64,000 nucleotides of DNA from an uncultured Desulfobacteraceae bacterium (GTDB lineage Bacteria > Desulfobacterota > DSM-4660 > Desulfatiglandales > Desulfatiglandaceae). Of the stretch, positions 49,852-59,317 are shown in pieces; position 1 is the first letter of the stretch; each line of letters starts with the position of its first letter. The notes beneath the pieces were generated by a model. It was given only the letters and a program-made list of their open reading frames with translations. It was not told the origin of the DNA and made no database searches. The stretch spans positions 6,727-70,726 of the forward strand of contig CAZWEV010000011.1 of assembly GCA_964633015.1 (NCBI GenBank). Reading direction: 5' to 3'. A program made the position numbers and the translations under genes.

Positions 49852-49918
49852 ATATTGACAATACCCTTTTATTGGGATACGTTCAATATCATTCGACTTG
49901 CCAGGGGTTCACCGGACC

Positions 49919-50260
49919 ATGAAGAAGGCATTCTTTTCGCCACTGTGTTCAGCGCTCGTCATCCCGGGGCTGGGACAAATCATGAATCAGCAATTGAAAA
50001 AAGGTCTCGCCCTGCTCGGGGCCGTGCTGATTCTGTTTGTCGCGGCTCTCATAGCAATGTACGGAATAATGAAATCCGCTCTCTCAGAACCTCCCCCCGT
50101 ACATGCAAATACTGAGTCCATCATGCGAAACCTCGGCTCTCAGAGCATTTCAGCACTCTGGGTTATCCTCGGAATCTTTGCGATTGTTTGGATAATTTCC
50201 GTGGTGGACGCGTTTCTTGCAGGAAGGAAAATAGACCGTCTTCCAGAACAGGACCAATAA
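49919..50260 (+). CDS. small membrane protein (two hydrophobic helices)
   Basis: ORF 49898..50260 trimmed to ATG 49919: MKKAFFSPLCSALVIPGLGQIMNQQLKKGLALLGAVLILFVAAL... Confidence 0.55.
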   Translation: MKKAFFSPLCSALVIPGLGQIMNQQLKKGLALLGAVLILFVAALIAMYGIMKSALSEPPPVHANTESIMRNLGSQSISALWVILGIFAIVWIISVVDAFLAGRKIDRLPEQDQ

Positions 50261-50592
50261 TGAGGGCATATCTTATCGACGAAATAAGCCCTTCAGACAT
50301 GGAAAAAATAGGCGGATATCTCCGCGACACCGCCATTTCCTCCAGCCTGGAAAGAATCTACTGGGTACAGATACCCAAGGATCTGCTCAATGAAACCCAG
50401 TCCGTCCACACCCGTTGTCAGCCCTATGTCTTTGCTGTGGAACTCGGCAGGGAATGGGTGAAGCTGGAGTTCTTTTCACGAAGCCTGAAGGGAATGAAAT
50501 GCAGTTGCCAGACCTACTGTACCGACTCTCAGATGGACTATATCACGCGTTTCGCCAATGCCATGTTGGAAAAACTGGAGATCGGTACGTGA
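50260..50592 (+). CDS. hypothetical protein (110 aa)
   Basis: ORF 50188..50592 trimmed to ATG 50260, which overlaps the upstream stop as TAATG. No motif recognised. Confidence 0.55.
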   Translation: MRAYLIDEISPSDMEKIGGYLRDTAISSSLERIYWVQIPKDLLNETQSVHTRCQPYVFAVELGREWVKLEFFSRSLKGMKCSCQTYCTDSQMDYITRFANAMLEKLEIGT

Positions 50593-50604
50593 TCGCCCAA
50601 CTCT

Positions 50605-51006
50605 TCATTTTCCGAATAGATTCTTCCGAATCTGCTCTGCAATGACTCCGGACGCATTTTTATCTCCCAGGGCGCCAACCCGGATGCCCGCCTCTGTTGT
50701 ATCCGCGGACTTGTATCTCAGGGAAATGACGACCCGCTCGCCATCGGCCCTCTTGGCGACGATCTTCCCTTCGGTGAGATCGTGCTCTGCGCTTTGTACC
50801 GCCAGCTTCAAGTCCCTCATTGTCTTGTTGGCTGCATCCCATGTGTCGATGTAGGGTGCTTTGTACGTAACATTGAGGACACCCGCATAGTACTTATATC
50901 CTGCGACCCCTGCCGCGGTTCCCGCACCAAAAAAGATGAGTGGCGCGGCGCACCCGGCCACCAACATGCAACATGCCAACAATGAAATCATTCTTTTTAC
51001 GCTCAT
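50605..51006 (-). CDS. lipoprotein, DUF3568-like
   Basis: ORF 50605..51042 trimmed to ATG 51006 after GGAGAGG. Lipobox LVAGC. Confidence 0.65.
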   Translation of the reverse strand: MSVKRMISLLACCMLVAGCAAPLIFFGAGTAAGVAGYKYYAGVLNVTYKAPYIDTWDAANKTMRDLKLAVQSAEHDLTEGKIVAKRADGERVVISLRYKSADTTEAGIRVGALGDKNASGVIAEQIRKNLFGK

Positions 51007-51444
51007 TCGGCCTCTCCTCGATTTAATAAGACTATGCTGCACCTTTTCTATTAGTGCCTCCTTGAAATGGTGTCAACCACATTCTCCTCCGCAATTCTGT
51101 TGCCAACGCTTCGCATCATGAGTTTCACCGGATGATTCGGCGAACTTCCCCGATCACCGGCAGGATTTCAGAAATGAACCGCTGTGTATTGATCTGATAC
51201 CGTTTTAATGTGCAGGATCAGGGTGATGATTATGAATTTGACTTCATAAGGCCTGTTTGTTAGTGTTTTATCTTTCCATTTCCGTAGCGCTCTGGGCTTT
51301 TCCAAAACGCCCACTTTTCACAAGCGGACAGAACCGTTTCTTGTTTGGGACCGGCCCGAAAAATTCCGGGAAAACAGTCCTGTCCGCGGAGAACTTGAAC
51401 ACCGAAAACTGTAACCTAATTTCGCTGGCAGGAGGCACAGGTTC

Positions 51445-54252
51445 ATGGATTACAAGCAGACGCTCAATTTACCGAAAACAGCGTTCCCGATGAAAGCGAA
51501 CCTCGTAAAAAAAGAGCCCGAGATACTCAATAAATGGGAAAACGAGCACATCTACGAGCTCATTCGAAAGACGTCCCGGGGCAGAAAACCGTACATGCTC
51601 CATGATGGTCCTCCATATGCGAACGGCCACATCCACATGGGAACGGCCTTTAACAAAATACTGAAAGATATTATCATAAAATCCAAACAGATGGCCGGTT
51701 TTGACACGCCGTACGTACCAGGGTGGGATTGTCACGGACTCCCCATTGAACACCAGGTAGACAAGGAACTCGGTCCGAAAAAGGCCGGCATGTCCCTGGC
51801 GGATATTCGCGGTTACTGCCGCAGATATGCGGAAAAATACCTCGACATACAGCGCACCGAGTTCAAACGGCTCGGGGTCCTCGGAGATTGGGATAATCCG
51901 TATCTGACCATGAATTATCCGTACGAGGCCACTATCATACGGGAATTTGGAAAATTCGCCCTGAACGGGAGCCTTGTCAGGAGCAAAAAACCCATTTACT
52001 GGTGTATCTCATGTCAGACAGCTCTGGCCGAAGCGGAAGTTGAGTATGAAAATCACACATCGCCTTCCATATTTGTCAAGTTCCCCCTCGTATCTGATCC
52101 CCAAAAAATCTCTCCGGAGCTGAGCGGAGAAAAGGTATCGGTCGTCATATGGACCACAACGCCATGGACCCTGCCTGCCAACCTGGCCATCGCGGTTCAT
52201 CCTGATTTCCAGTACGTCGCAGCAAAGACGGAAAAGGGTGACGTCCTTGTCCTTGCCGAAAGCCTGCTTGATATCTGCATGGATTCCTTCGGTATTTCCT
52301 CCTATGAAGTTATCGCCCGGTTTCTTGGCATGGCATTGGAGAACCTGGAGACCCGACACCCCTTGTACGACAGGGCATCGATCATTGTACTCGCTGACTA
52401 TGTAACCCTTGACGCGGGAACGGGATGTGTGCACACGGCACCGGGGCACGGCCGGGAAGACTATGAAACCGGACTCAAGTATGGACTTGATGTGTATTCA
52501 CCTGTGGATGACCAGGGTCGTTTCACCTCGGATGTGGAGTACTTTTCCGGCCTCCAGGTCTTCGAAGCCAACCAGGCGGTCAATGAGAAGCTGCGCGAGA
52601 AAGGCGCCCTTCTCCGGGAACAGGATATCTCTCACGAATATCCCCACTGCTGGCGATGTAAAAAGCCCGTCATATTTCGGTCAACAGAGCAGTGGTTCAT
52701 CTCCATGGAAAAAAACAACCTGAGGGAGAAGGCACTGAAAGCCATCAAGAAAGTTGCATGGATACCTTCGTGGGGCCAGGAACGGATTTACCAGATGATT
52801 GCCAACAGACCCGACTGGTGCATCTCCCGCCAGAGGGCGTGGGGAGTTCCTATCACCGTGTTTTTCTGCAAGGAATGCGGCGCGCTGGTCATCTCCCAGA
52901 AGATTATAGATCACGTGGGCGCGCTGGTGGAAAAGTCCGGAGCGGATATCTGGTTTACTGAATCTGTGGAAAATCTCCTCCCCCGGAATACCACGTGCCC
53001 TGACTGCGGCGCTGCGCATTTTGAAAAGGAGACGGATATCCTGGACGTGTGGTTTGATTCCGGCGTGAGTTACGCCGCAGTAATGGAACATCGTGCCTAT
53101 CTGAACAGTCCGGCAGATCTCTACCTGGAAGGCAGTGACCAGCATCGGGGCTGGTTTCACAGTTCACTTCTGTGTTCAGTGGGAACCCGGGGTGAAGCAC
53201 CCTATCATCACGTGCTTACCCATGGGTTCGTTGTGGACGGCGCCGGCAAGGCCATGCACAAGTCCGCCGGGAATGTCATTGCACCGGAGGACCTTATAAG
53301 AAATTACGGTGCTGAAATCCTCCGGCTCTGGGTTGCAGGTGAGGATTATCGGGACAATATACGCCTTTCAAAAGAGATTCTTCAGCGGCTCACGGAGGCG
53401 TATCGGAGGATCCGGAATACCTGCCGGTATCTCCTGGGGAACCTGAATGGATTCGACCCGCAGCGGGACATGGTACCTTACAGTGACCTTGAAGAGCTGG
53501 ACCGATGGGCATTGAACAGGCTTCAGGAGCTGAACGCGAGGATACTCAAGGCCTATGATTCCTTTGAATTCCACCTGGTGTATCACAACCTGCATAATTT
53601 TTGCGTCCTCGACCTTTCTTCCTTTTATCTGGATATCATCAAGGACCGCCTCTACACATCTCCACCAAATTCCGTGGCCAGAAGATCGGCACAGACCGCC
53701 ATGCATCAAATCCTGGAAGTCCTGGTGCGTCTCATGGCTCCCATCCTGTCTTTTACTGCCGAAGAAATCTGGCAATATATGAATGGAAGTGACCGCCCTG
53801 CGAGCGTCCATTCGGAGCTGTTCATTCCGGTGAAAGATGAATTTCTGGACCCGCAACTTTCGAAAAGATGGGAAACCATTGTCGCGGTAAGAAGAGAGAC
53901 CGCCAGGGTGCTTGAACTGGCAAGAAAGGAAAAGAAAATCGGGCATTCCCTGGACGCCTCGGTCACCCTGGCTCTCCCAGCCCCCCTCTTCAGCGAATTG
54001 GAACCTTACAAAGATCAGTTGAGATCCATTTTTATCGTCTCCTCCGTGGACCTCGTGAAGAAGAATGACTTGGAAACTGGGATTGAGAGTGAGACGATTC
54101 CGGGGCTGAAAATCAGGGTCAGCCCGTCAGACGCCCTCAAGTGTGAACGATGCTGGGTCCACGACCCCTCGGTAGGGACCGATATGCAACATCCCGCTCT
54201 CTGCGACCGGTGTCGTGGCGCCCTTGCGGAAATGGAGTTTATTGCCCATTGA
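51445..54252 (+). CDS. ileS: isoleucine--tRNA ligase
   Basis: 935 aa with HIGH (PYANGHIHMGTAFN), KMSKS-type HKSAGN and C-terminal Zn Cys pairs (CERC...CDRC). Confidence 0.97.
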   Translation: MDYKQTLNLPKTAFPMKANLVKKEPEILNKWENEHIYELIRKTSRGRKPYMLHDGPPYANGHIHMGTAFNKILKDIIIKSKQMAGFDTPYVPGWDCHGLPIEHQVDKELGPKKAGMSLADIRGYCRRYAEKYLDIQRTEFKRLGVLGDWDNPYLTMNYPYEATIIREFGKFALNGSLVRSKKPIYWCISCQTALAEAEVEYENHTSPSIFVKFPLVSDPQKISPELSGEKVSVVIWTTTPWTLPANLAIAVHPDFQYVAAKTEKGDVLVLAESLLDICMDSFGISSYEVIARFLGMALENLETRHPLYDRASIIVLADYVTLDAGTGCVHTAPGHGREDYETGLKYGLDVYSPVDDQGRFTSDVEYFSGLQVFEANQAVNEKLREKGALLREQDISHEYPHCWRCKKPVIFRSTEQWFISMEKNNLREKALKAIKKVAWIPSWGQERIYQMIANRPDWCISRQRAWGVPITVFFCKECGALVISQKIIDHVGALVEKSGADIWFTESVENLLPRNTTCPDCGAAHFEKETDILDVWFDSGVSYAAVMEHRAYLNSPADLYLEGSDQHRGWFHSSLLCSVGTRGEAPYHHVLTHGFVVDGAGKAMHKSAGNVIAPEDLIRNYGAEILRLWVAGEDYRDNIRLSKEILQRLTEAYRRIRNTCRYLLGNLNGFDPQRDMVPYSDLEELDRWALNRLQELNARILKAYDSFEFHLVYHNLHNFCVLDLSSFYLDIIKDRLYTSPPNSVARRSAQTAMHQILEVLVRLMAPILSFTAEEIWQYMNGSDRPASVHSELFIPVKDEFLDPQLSKRWETIVAVRRETARVLELARKEKKIGHSLDASVTLALPAPLFSELEPYKDQLRSIFIVSSVDLVKKNDLETGIESETIPGLKIRVSPSDALKCERCWVHDPSVGTDMQHPALCDRCRGALAEMEFIAH

Positions 54253-54734
54253 AAAGAAAGGATCATTTTTTTGTCTGGCCGGCGGTAATCGTCTTCATCC
54301 TGGATCAGCTTTCAAAACTGATTATCCTGGGCCTTGTCAGACCGCACGATACGCTGGCCGTTGTGCCCGGGTTTTTCAATATTGTCCTTGCCCGGAACAG
54401 GGGTATGGCCTTTGGAATCATGAATCGTTCCCAGGGGCATTTCACCTCCTATTTCCTGGTCCTGGCGACAATTGTCGCCATCGCCATATTGATCTATTGG
54501 GCCCGTCGCCAGGGAGAGGAAAGGACAGGAGTCCTTTTCGGGCTCGGCTTGATTCTGGGGGGAGCCGTGGGGAATCTTATTGATCGCGTCCGCCTGGGAT
54601 CAGTCATCGATTTCCTGGATTTTTACCTGGGCCGCTACCACTGGCCTGCGTTCAATCTGGCTGACTCCGCCATTACCATCGGCACCATTCTGGTTGCCAT
54701 CCATATGATTCGTCCAAGGCCGTATAGAGGCTGA
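54249..54734 (+). CDS. lspA: lipoprotein signal peptidase II
   Basis: ORF 54150..54734. Carries NRGMAFG, GGAVGNLIDR and FNLADS motifs. Start set at TTG 54249, overlapping the ileS stop; this gives 161 aa, a typical LspA size. Confidence 0.88.
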   Translation: MKRKDHFFVWPAVIVFILDQLSKLIILGLVRPHDTLAVVPGFFNIVLARNRGMAFGIMNRSQGHFTSYFLVLATIVAIAILIYWARRQGEERTGVLFGLGLILGGAVGNLIDRVRLGSVIDFLDFYLGRYHWPAFNLADSAITIGTILVAIHMIRPRPYRG

Positions 54735-54741
54735 ACTTCTT

Positions 54742-55515
54742 ATGTATCCGGAACTCTTTTCCATCGGCCCTTTTACGCTTCACACCTACGGCCTGTTCGT
54801 GGGTCTCGGTTTCCTTGCCGCGCTTCTGATTACCATACATACGGGACGGATGTACGATATTGCACCGCAGCAGGTCCTGGACATGGGATTCATTATGCTG
54901 ATTTCTGCGGTCATAGGGTCAAGGCTCCTTTACGTCCTCATGAATTTTTCCTACTATCTCCGGCATCCGCTCGGAATCCTCGAAATCTGGCACGGAGGCC
55001 TGGTCTTTTCGGGAGGGGCGGTTTGCGCAGTCGGATCCCTTGTGTGGTATGCCGGGCGCCATTCCTTGTCGATCCTGGACCTCGGGGATCTCTGGGCGCC
55101 TGCAGCAGCCATAGGACAGGGCTTCGGAAGAATCGGCTGTTTCATGGCCGGCTGCTGCTACGGCAAGCCGACTGACGTCCCTTGGGCAGTGGTATTCACC
55201 AATCCCAAGAGCCTGGCTCCCCTGAACATCCCCATTCATCCAACGCAAATCTATCATTCCATCAGCGGATTCCTCCTGTTCGGGATCCTGATGCTCATTC
55301 ATCACAGGAAGTCCTACAGGGGACAGGTCCTGTTGTGGTATCTTCTCCTCCACAGCTTCAGCAGACTCCTTATTGAGCGGTTCAGGGGAGACGATCGGGG
55401 AATATTCTTCCATACAAACATGACCGTCACGCAATTCATGGCCGTGCTCATCCTGACCGGTTCGCTCACGGCGCTCATCATATTGAAGGCAAGATACAGA
55501 AAAAAAGGAAAATGA
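54742..55515 (+). CDS. lgt: prolipoprotein diacylglyceryl transferase
   Basis: FTLHTYGLFVGLGFL, GRIGCFMAGCCYGKPT and HPTQIY. Confidence 0.93.
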   Translation: MYPELFSIGPFTLHTYGLFVGLGFLAALLITIHTGRMYDIAPQQVLDMGFIMLISAVIGSRLLYVLMNFSYYLRHPLGILEIWHGGLVFSGGAVCAVGSLVWYAGRHSLSILDLGDLWAPAAAIGQGFGRIGCFMAGCCYGKPTDVPWAVVFTNPKSLAPLNIPIHPTQIYHSISGFLLFGILMLIHHRKSYRGQVLLWYLLLHSFSRLLIERFRGDDRGIFFHTNMTVTQFMAVLILTGSLTALIILKARYRKKGK

Positions 55516-55638
55516 CAATATGGATACATCCGACTACGGCCGGTTTGTACAAGACATGACTCAGAAAGAACGCCATTCCTGCACCTCCGTTCGTTTCGTT
55601 CGATAAAAGAAGCGCACGTTCTGACTGGATCGCGAAGT

Positions 55639-56355
55639 ATGGGAAAGAAAAAGACAGAAAATGACAGCTCCCCGGGCCCCGAATCCAGCGCGAAGATTGC
55701 ATGCCCGTTAAACGAACAGGACTGTCCGCTGCAAGAGGAAATGGAGCGCCTCAGATCGGAATGCGCTCGTCTGCAGGAGCTGTCGCGCACCGACCCTCTT
55801 ACCGGGTTCTTCAATTTTCGTCACCTTCTCACCATCCTTTCCACAGAGATGGAGCGTACAAGACGTTCCGGGCTCCCCACCGGCCTCCTCATGATTGACC
55901 TGGATCATTTCAAGCGGGTAAACGATACATATGGACACGAGGCGGGAAATGCGGTGCTCAAATGGGTGGGCAAAGTCATACTGAACAATATTCGCCGCAT
56001 CGATATAGCCTGCAGGTTTGGAGGGGAGGAATTTGCCATAATCCTTCCTGTTACCTCGCTTCCCCAAGCCGTACATGCGGCTGAGCGCCTTCGAAGGGCC
56101 GTGGGAAAAAAACCCGCGATACTGAAACAGGAAGGGGTCCCGGTCACCGCGAGCTTTGGCGTTGATGTCTACAGGGGAAGAATCAGGTTGTCACCGGACG
56201 CATTTATCGAGCGTGCCGACCGCTTTCTCCTGAAGGCAAAAACCAAAGGGAGAAACCGCGTCTGCTATGATCGGGAAAAGGCCCGTGGGGTACCCACGGA
56301 AGTCACCCGCGAAGAAAGGAGAGCCCTGCTTGAAAAGAGCCCTCCCGGGGAATAA
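55639..56355 (+). CDS. diguanylate cyclase (GGDEF domain) with a short coiled-coil N-terminus
   Basis: DPLTGFFNFRHL, DLDHFKRVNDTYGH and RFGGEEFAIIL (GGEEF active site). Confidence 0.88.
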   Translation: MGKKKTENDSSPGPESSAKIACPLNEQDCPLQEEMERLRSECARLQELSRTDPLTGFFNFRHLLTILSTEMERTRRSGLPTGLLMIDLDHFKRVNDTYGHEAGNAVLKWVGKVILNNIRRIDIACRFGGEEFAIILPVTSLPQAVHAAERLRRAVGKKPAILKQEGVPVTASFGVDVYRGRIRLSPDAFIERADRFLLKAKTKGRNRVCYDREKARGVPTEVTREERRALLEKSPPGE

Positions 56356-56383
56356 GGCTTTTGGAACAGGGCGAATACCGGCT

Positions 56384-56917
56384 ATGGAAACAAAGGTACT
56401 GAAAAGGACCCCGTTGCACCGGGGCAGAGTCTTCACGCTCACCAGGGAGAGCATCACGCTGCCCAATGGGGCAACAGTGGACCTGGATATTATCCGCCAT
56501 CCCGGCGCAGCCGCCATGGTTCCTCTCAAGGAAAGCGGATCACTGGTGATGGTACGGCAATACCGTCATGCCATAGGGGAATACATCTGGGAGATACCGG
56601 CGGGGACCCTGAATCCCCACGAGTCTCCCCTGGAATGTGCAAAGAGGGAGCTTATCGAGGAAACCGGCTATGCTGCGGACCGATGGGAAAACCTGGGAGC
56701 AATCATCCCGGTACCGGGATATTCCGACGAAAAAATTCATATTTTCCTGGCCCGGGCACTTCGTCCGGCGCTTCAGAATCTGGACCCGGATGAAATCCTT
56801 CGCGTCCGTGAAGTGCCGTTCGAGGAGGCATTCGGGATGATTGAAAGCGGGGACATCAAGGACAGCAAAACCATTGCATCCCTGTTTCTGGCAAGAAACC
56901 GGCTGGAGAAAAGATAA
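56384..56917 (+). CDS. NUDIX hydrolase, ADP-ribose pyrophosphatase-like
   Basis: ORF 56267..56917 trimmed to ATG 56384. Nudix box GTLNPHESPLECAKRELIEETG. Confidence 0.85.
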   Translation: METKVLKRTPLHRGRVFTLTRESITLPNGATVDLDIIRHPGAAAMVPLKESGSLVMVRQYRHAIGEYIWEIPAGTLNPHESPLECAKRELIEETGYAADRWENLGAIIPVPGYSDEKIHIFLARALRPALQNLDPDEILRVREVPFEEAFGMIESGDIKDSKTIASLFLARNRLEKR

Positions 56918-56941
56918 GACGTGCACGTTTTCCGGGCGCCC

Positions 56942-57550
56942 CTACTCCGCCCGCCGCTCAAAAAGCCTGTAGTAGTAAAGGACCTTCCCCACGAAATCCT
57001 GTGTTTCCCGGATCGGAGGGATGCTGCCGCAGGCTTCCACCTTTGCGGGACCGGCGTTGAATGCAGCCAGGGCCATTGTGGTGTCATCGTGAAAGCGCCG
57101 CAACAATGAAGCCAGGTACCGGGTCCCTCCAAGAATATTTTCGGATGGATTGAAGGGATTCCCCACCTTCATTTCTTCAGCGGTGCCGGGCATGAGCTGC
57201 ATCAGGCCTGCAGCTCCTTTCCGGGAGACGGCATGGTGATCATAGTCCGACTCGGCTTTGATGACAGCCTTAATGAGCGTTGAACGCACGCCGAACATCG
57301 CCGAGGCCTTCCTGATCATGCCCTGATAGGCCTGTATGAACTCCTCTCCGCTCATTGACAATGATTTGGGCGTGAAACGGATGCGCTGCTGCATCCCGGG
57401 GCCGGGAAAATGCCAGTGTCCGTTCCTGTCCTGGTATCCGAATATTTCACCCTTTGCGATGCCCGCGGGCAACCATGCCAGGATGCAGAGCACTGCCCCC
57501 AGGATGAAAACGCCGTACTCAGAAAACCTACGGTGCGGTCCGGGTCCCAT
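56942..57550 (-). CDS. lytic transglycosylase (SLT domain)
   Basis: ORF 56942..57670 trimmed to ATG 57550 (the signal/anchor region begins there). Carries AVIKAESDYDHHAVSRKGAAGLMQLMPGTA and AAFNAGP. Confidence 0.8.
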   Translation of the reverse strand: MGPGPHRRFSEYGVFILGAVLCILAWLPAGIAKGEIFGYQDRNGHWHFPGPGMQQRIRFTPKSLSMSGEEFIQAYQGMIRKASAMFGVRSTLIKAVIKAESDYDHHAVSRKGAAGLMQLMPGTAEEMKVGNPFNPSENILGGTRYLASLLRRFHDDTTMALAAFNAGPAKVEACGSIPPIRETQDFVGKVLYYYRLFERRAE

Positions 57551-57908
57551 ATTCCGGACTCCTCCTCCCCTCTCCCTTACTTTTCGCCAGCACCGAAAGC
57601 AGCTCGATGATCTGCTTGTTCTGTTCGATGACTTGATCATATCTTTGAAGCATCTCATCATATTTTTCAATGAGTTGCTGGTTCTGATGATACAGCAGTG
57701 CCAGTGTCCTCGTGGTGTAAATCGAGCCCAGAGCCGCCTGCTTTATTTTGTAATCACTATCCACCGAACTGTACGGAGAAGGCGGTTTTGTGGCATCATA
57801 TTCTTTTGTGAATTCTTCCATGAGATCTGCAAGGGGATCGGACCTGGCGGAACCAACGGCAAAAACAAGGAGACAAAAAAGCGAAAAAAAGACGGCGCAC
57901 GTTTTCAT
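57528..57908 (-). CDS. secreted hypothetical protein (signal peptide plus coiled coil)
   Basis: MKTCAVFFSLFCLLVFAVGSARS signal peptide; 126 aa. Lies between the pseudopilin genes and the SLT gene. Confidence 0.55.
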   Translation of the reverse strand: MKTCAVFFSLFCLLVFAVGSARSDPLADLMEEFTKEYDATKPPSPYSSVDSDYKIKQAALGSIYTTRTLALLYHQNQQLIEKYDEMLQRYDQVIEQNKQIIELLSVLAKSKGEGRRSPEYGTRTAP

Positions 57909-57978
57909 GGGATATCTTCCTCCTGATCCGGTCGATCATTGCCGTTCGGCAGAAAACCCACCGAACATGTCATTTTGG

Positions 57979-58440
57979 CTATGGATTACATATAAACTTC
58001 CAACCAGAGTAAGTCTTCGCCTTTTCAAAGGACTGGTATTCAGTCAAAAAGCCTCCTGTCTTCAACGGCTTCTCCGTGCTCTTGCTGAAGACCCCCTTTA
58101 TGCCTCCTCCGTCGGCCAGGATCAGTCCCCACAGGCCGTCGGCGGTCATCGGGTCCCGGTATATCTTCCTGAGGTGCCGGTGAACTTTCAGAAAGCGGGA
58201 ATCCCTGATAAGGTCCCTCAGACTTCCGGGATACGTCTTTGGTTTGCCCGCCGGTACATCGTTATAATAGGACGCAATGGCTCTCCTGATCCGGTCGCCC
58301 CGAAAAAGGAGTTCTTTTTCCCTCTCCCGCTTTGCAATGGTGCTCCAGTACTCGCTTGCTCCGACGAGCGCTATGCCGGATATGACCACAACAATCAGGG
58401 CACTGAGATAGGTAAATCCCCGGTTCCCATGAAGAACCAT
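57979..58440 (-). CDS. minor pseudopilin (prepilin-type N-terminus without Glu5)
   Basis: ORF 57979..58524 trimmed to ATG 58440: MVLHGNRG/FTYLSALIVVVISGIAL. Confidence 0.65.
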   Translation of the reverse strand: MVLHGNRGFTYLSALIVVVISGIALVGASEYWSTIAKREREKELLFRGDRIRRAIASYYNDVPAGKPKTYPGSLRDLIRDSRFLKVHRHLRKIYRDPMTADGLWGLILADGGGIKGVFSKSTEKPLKTGGFLTEYQSFEKAKTYSGWKFICNP

Positions 58441-58447
58441 GTTCCGC

Positions 58448-58831
58448 TCACCATTCATTGTACGGTGTTCCATCAAGCCCCACCAAATCGCTGCCGCTGT
58501 GCACGTCATAGACTCCGGACTCATCGGACCCCTCAGGCGGAATCACGATCCAGCTTGTCTTTGAATGGGTGAAGGGATCTTCCGGGAGACTCCGCAGATA
58601 GTGCTCTTCCACCAGGGTTTCCAGGGTCTCAGGGTAATTTCCGTGGTCGGCATAATACTGGTCGATCACGTCCCGAAGCACAAAAAGGCTCCGTCTGAGG
58701 GATGTCTCTTTCGCCCGAATGATAGCTTTCTGAAAATTCGGCTGGGCAATGGATACGAGCACTCCGATGATCGTCATGACGATCATCAATTCTATAAGGG
58801 TAAAACCCTTTTTTCCGAGGGTATTTTTCAT
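58448..58831 (-). CDS. GspG-like major pseudopilin
   Basis: KKGFTLIELMIVMTIIGVL prepilin motif, with LPEDPF and a C-terminal YNEW as in T2SS GspG. Confidence 0.8.
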   Translation of the reverse strand: MKNTLGKKGFTLIELMIVMTIIGVLVSIAQPNFQKAIIRAKETSLRRSLFVLRDVIDQYYADHGNYPETLETLVEEHYLRSLPEDPFTHSKTSWIVIPPEGSDESGVYDVHSGSDLVGLDGTPYNEW

Positions 58832-58846
58832 GTCAGATAAATTGTT

Positions 58847-59311
58847 TTACCAGTCCCTGTAATACGATCCGTCCAAGGCCTGTTTTTCACTTTTTGAATA
58901 CACGTCATAGACATCTTCCCCACCCCAGGTATCACTGTCAGGCGCATCAGCGTAGGACCGGAGCCCCCATTTTCCGTCCTCGGTCATTGGATCCTTGGGG
59001 ATCCTGCGTAAGAATTTTTTCCGGAAAGGGACCGGGCCCTGGAGGTCAACACCTTCCACCAGGACATCCAGAGTCTTGGGGTACCCGCTTGAGAATGCCT
59101 GTGCGGGAATCTTGCCCTCGTCAACCAGGGCACTGTATTCGTCAAGGGCATCGCGGATGATGCGCAGATCCTGCTTGAGTTCTATCTCCTTTGAGCGTCT
59201 GTAGGTCATCTGCGACAGGGGCATGATGCCCACCGCAAGGATGGACAAAATAACCATGACCACCAGGAGTTCAATGAGCGTTACACCGGTATTGTCACGC
59301 AAAAGGATCAA
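58847..59311 (-). CDS. GspG-like pseudopilin (second paralogue)
   Basis: NTGVTLIELLVVMVILSIL, IPKDPMT and C-terminal YYRDW. TTG start 9 nt after GGAGGA. Confidence 0.75.
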   Translation of the reverse strand: MILLRDNTGVTLIELLVVMVILSILAVGIMPLSQMTYRRSKEIELKQDLRIIRDALDEYSALVDEGKIPAQAFSSGYPKTLDVLVEGVDLQGPVPFRKKFLRRIPKDPMTEDGKWGLRSYADAPDSDTWGGEDVYDVYSKSEKQALDGSYYRDW

Positions 59312-59317
59312 GGACCA

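Noticed and set aside
51238-51444. A T-box leader upstream of ileS.
   Set aside because: I found no T-box sequence (AAnnnGGGUGGUACCGCG) and no specifier-loop architecture.
56918-56941. The ACGTGCACGT palindrome between the convergent NUDIX and SLT genes, considered as a terminator.
   Set aside because: It is a 10-nt perfect palindrome with no loop and only a short T-run, so it is too weak to call.
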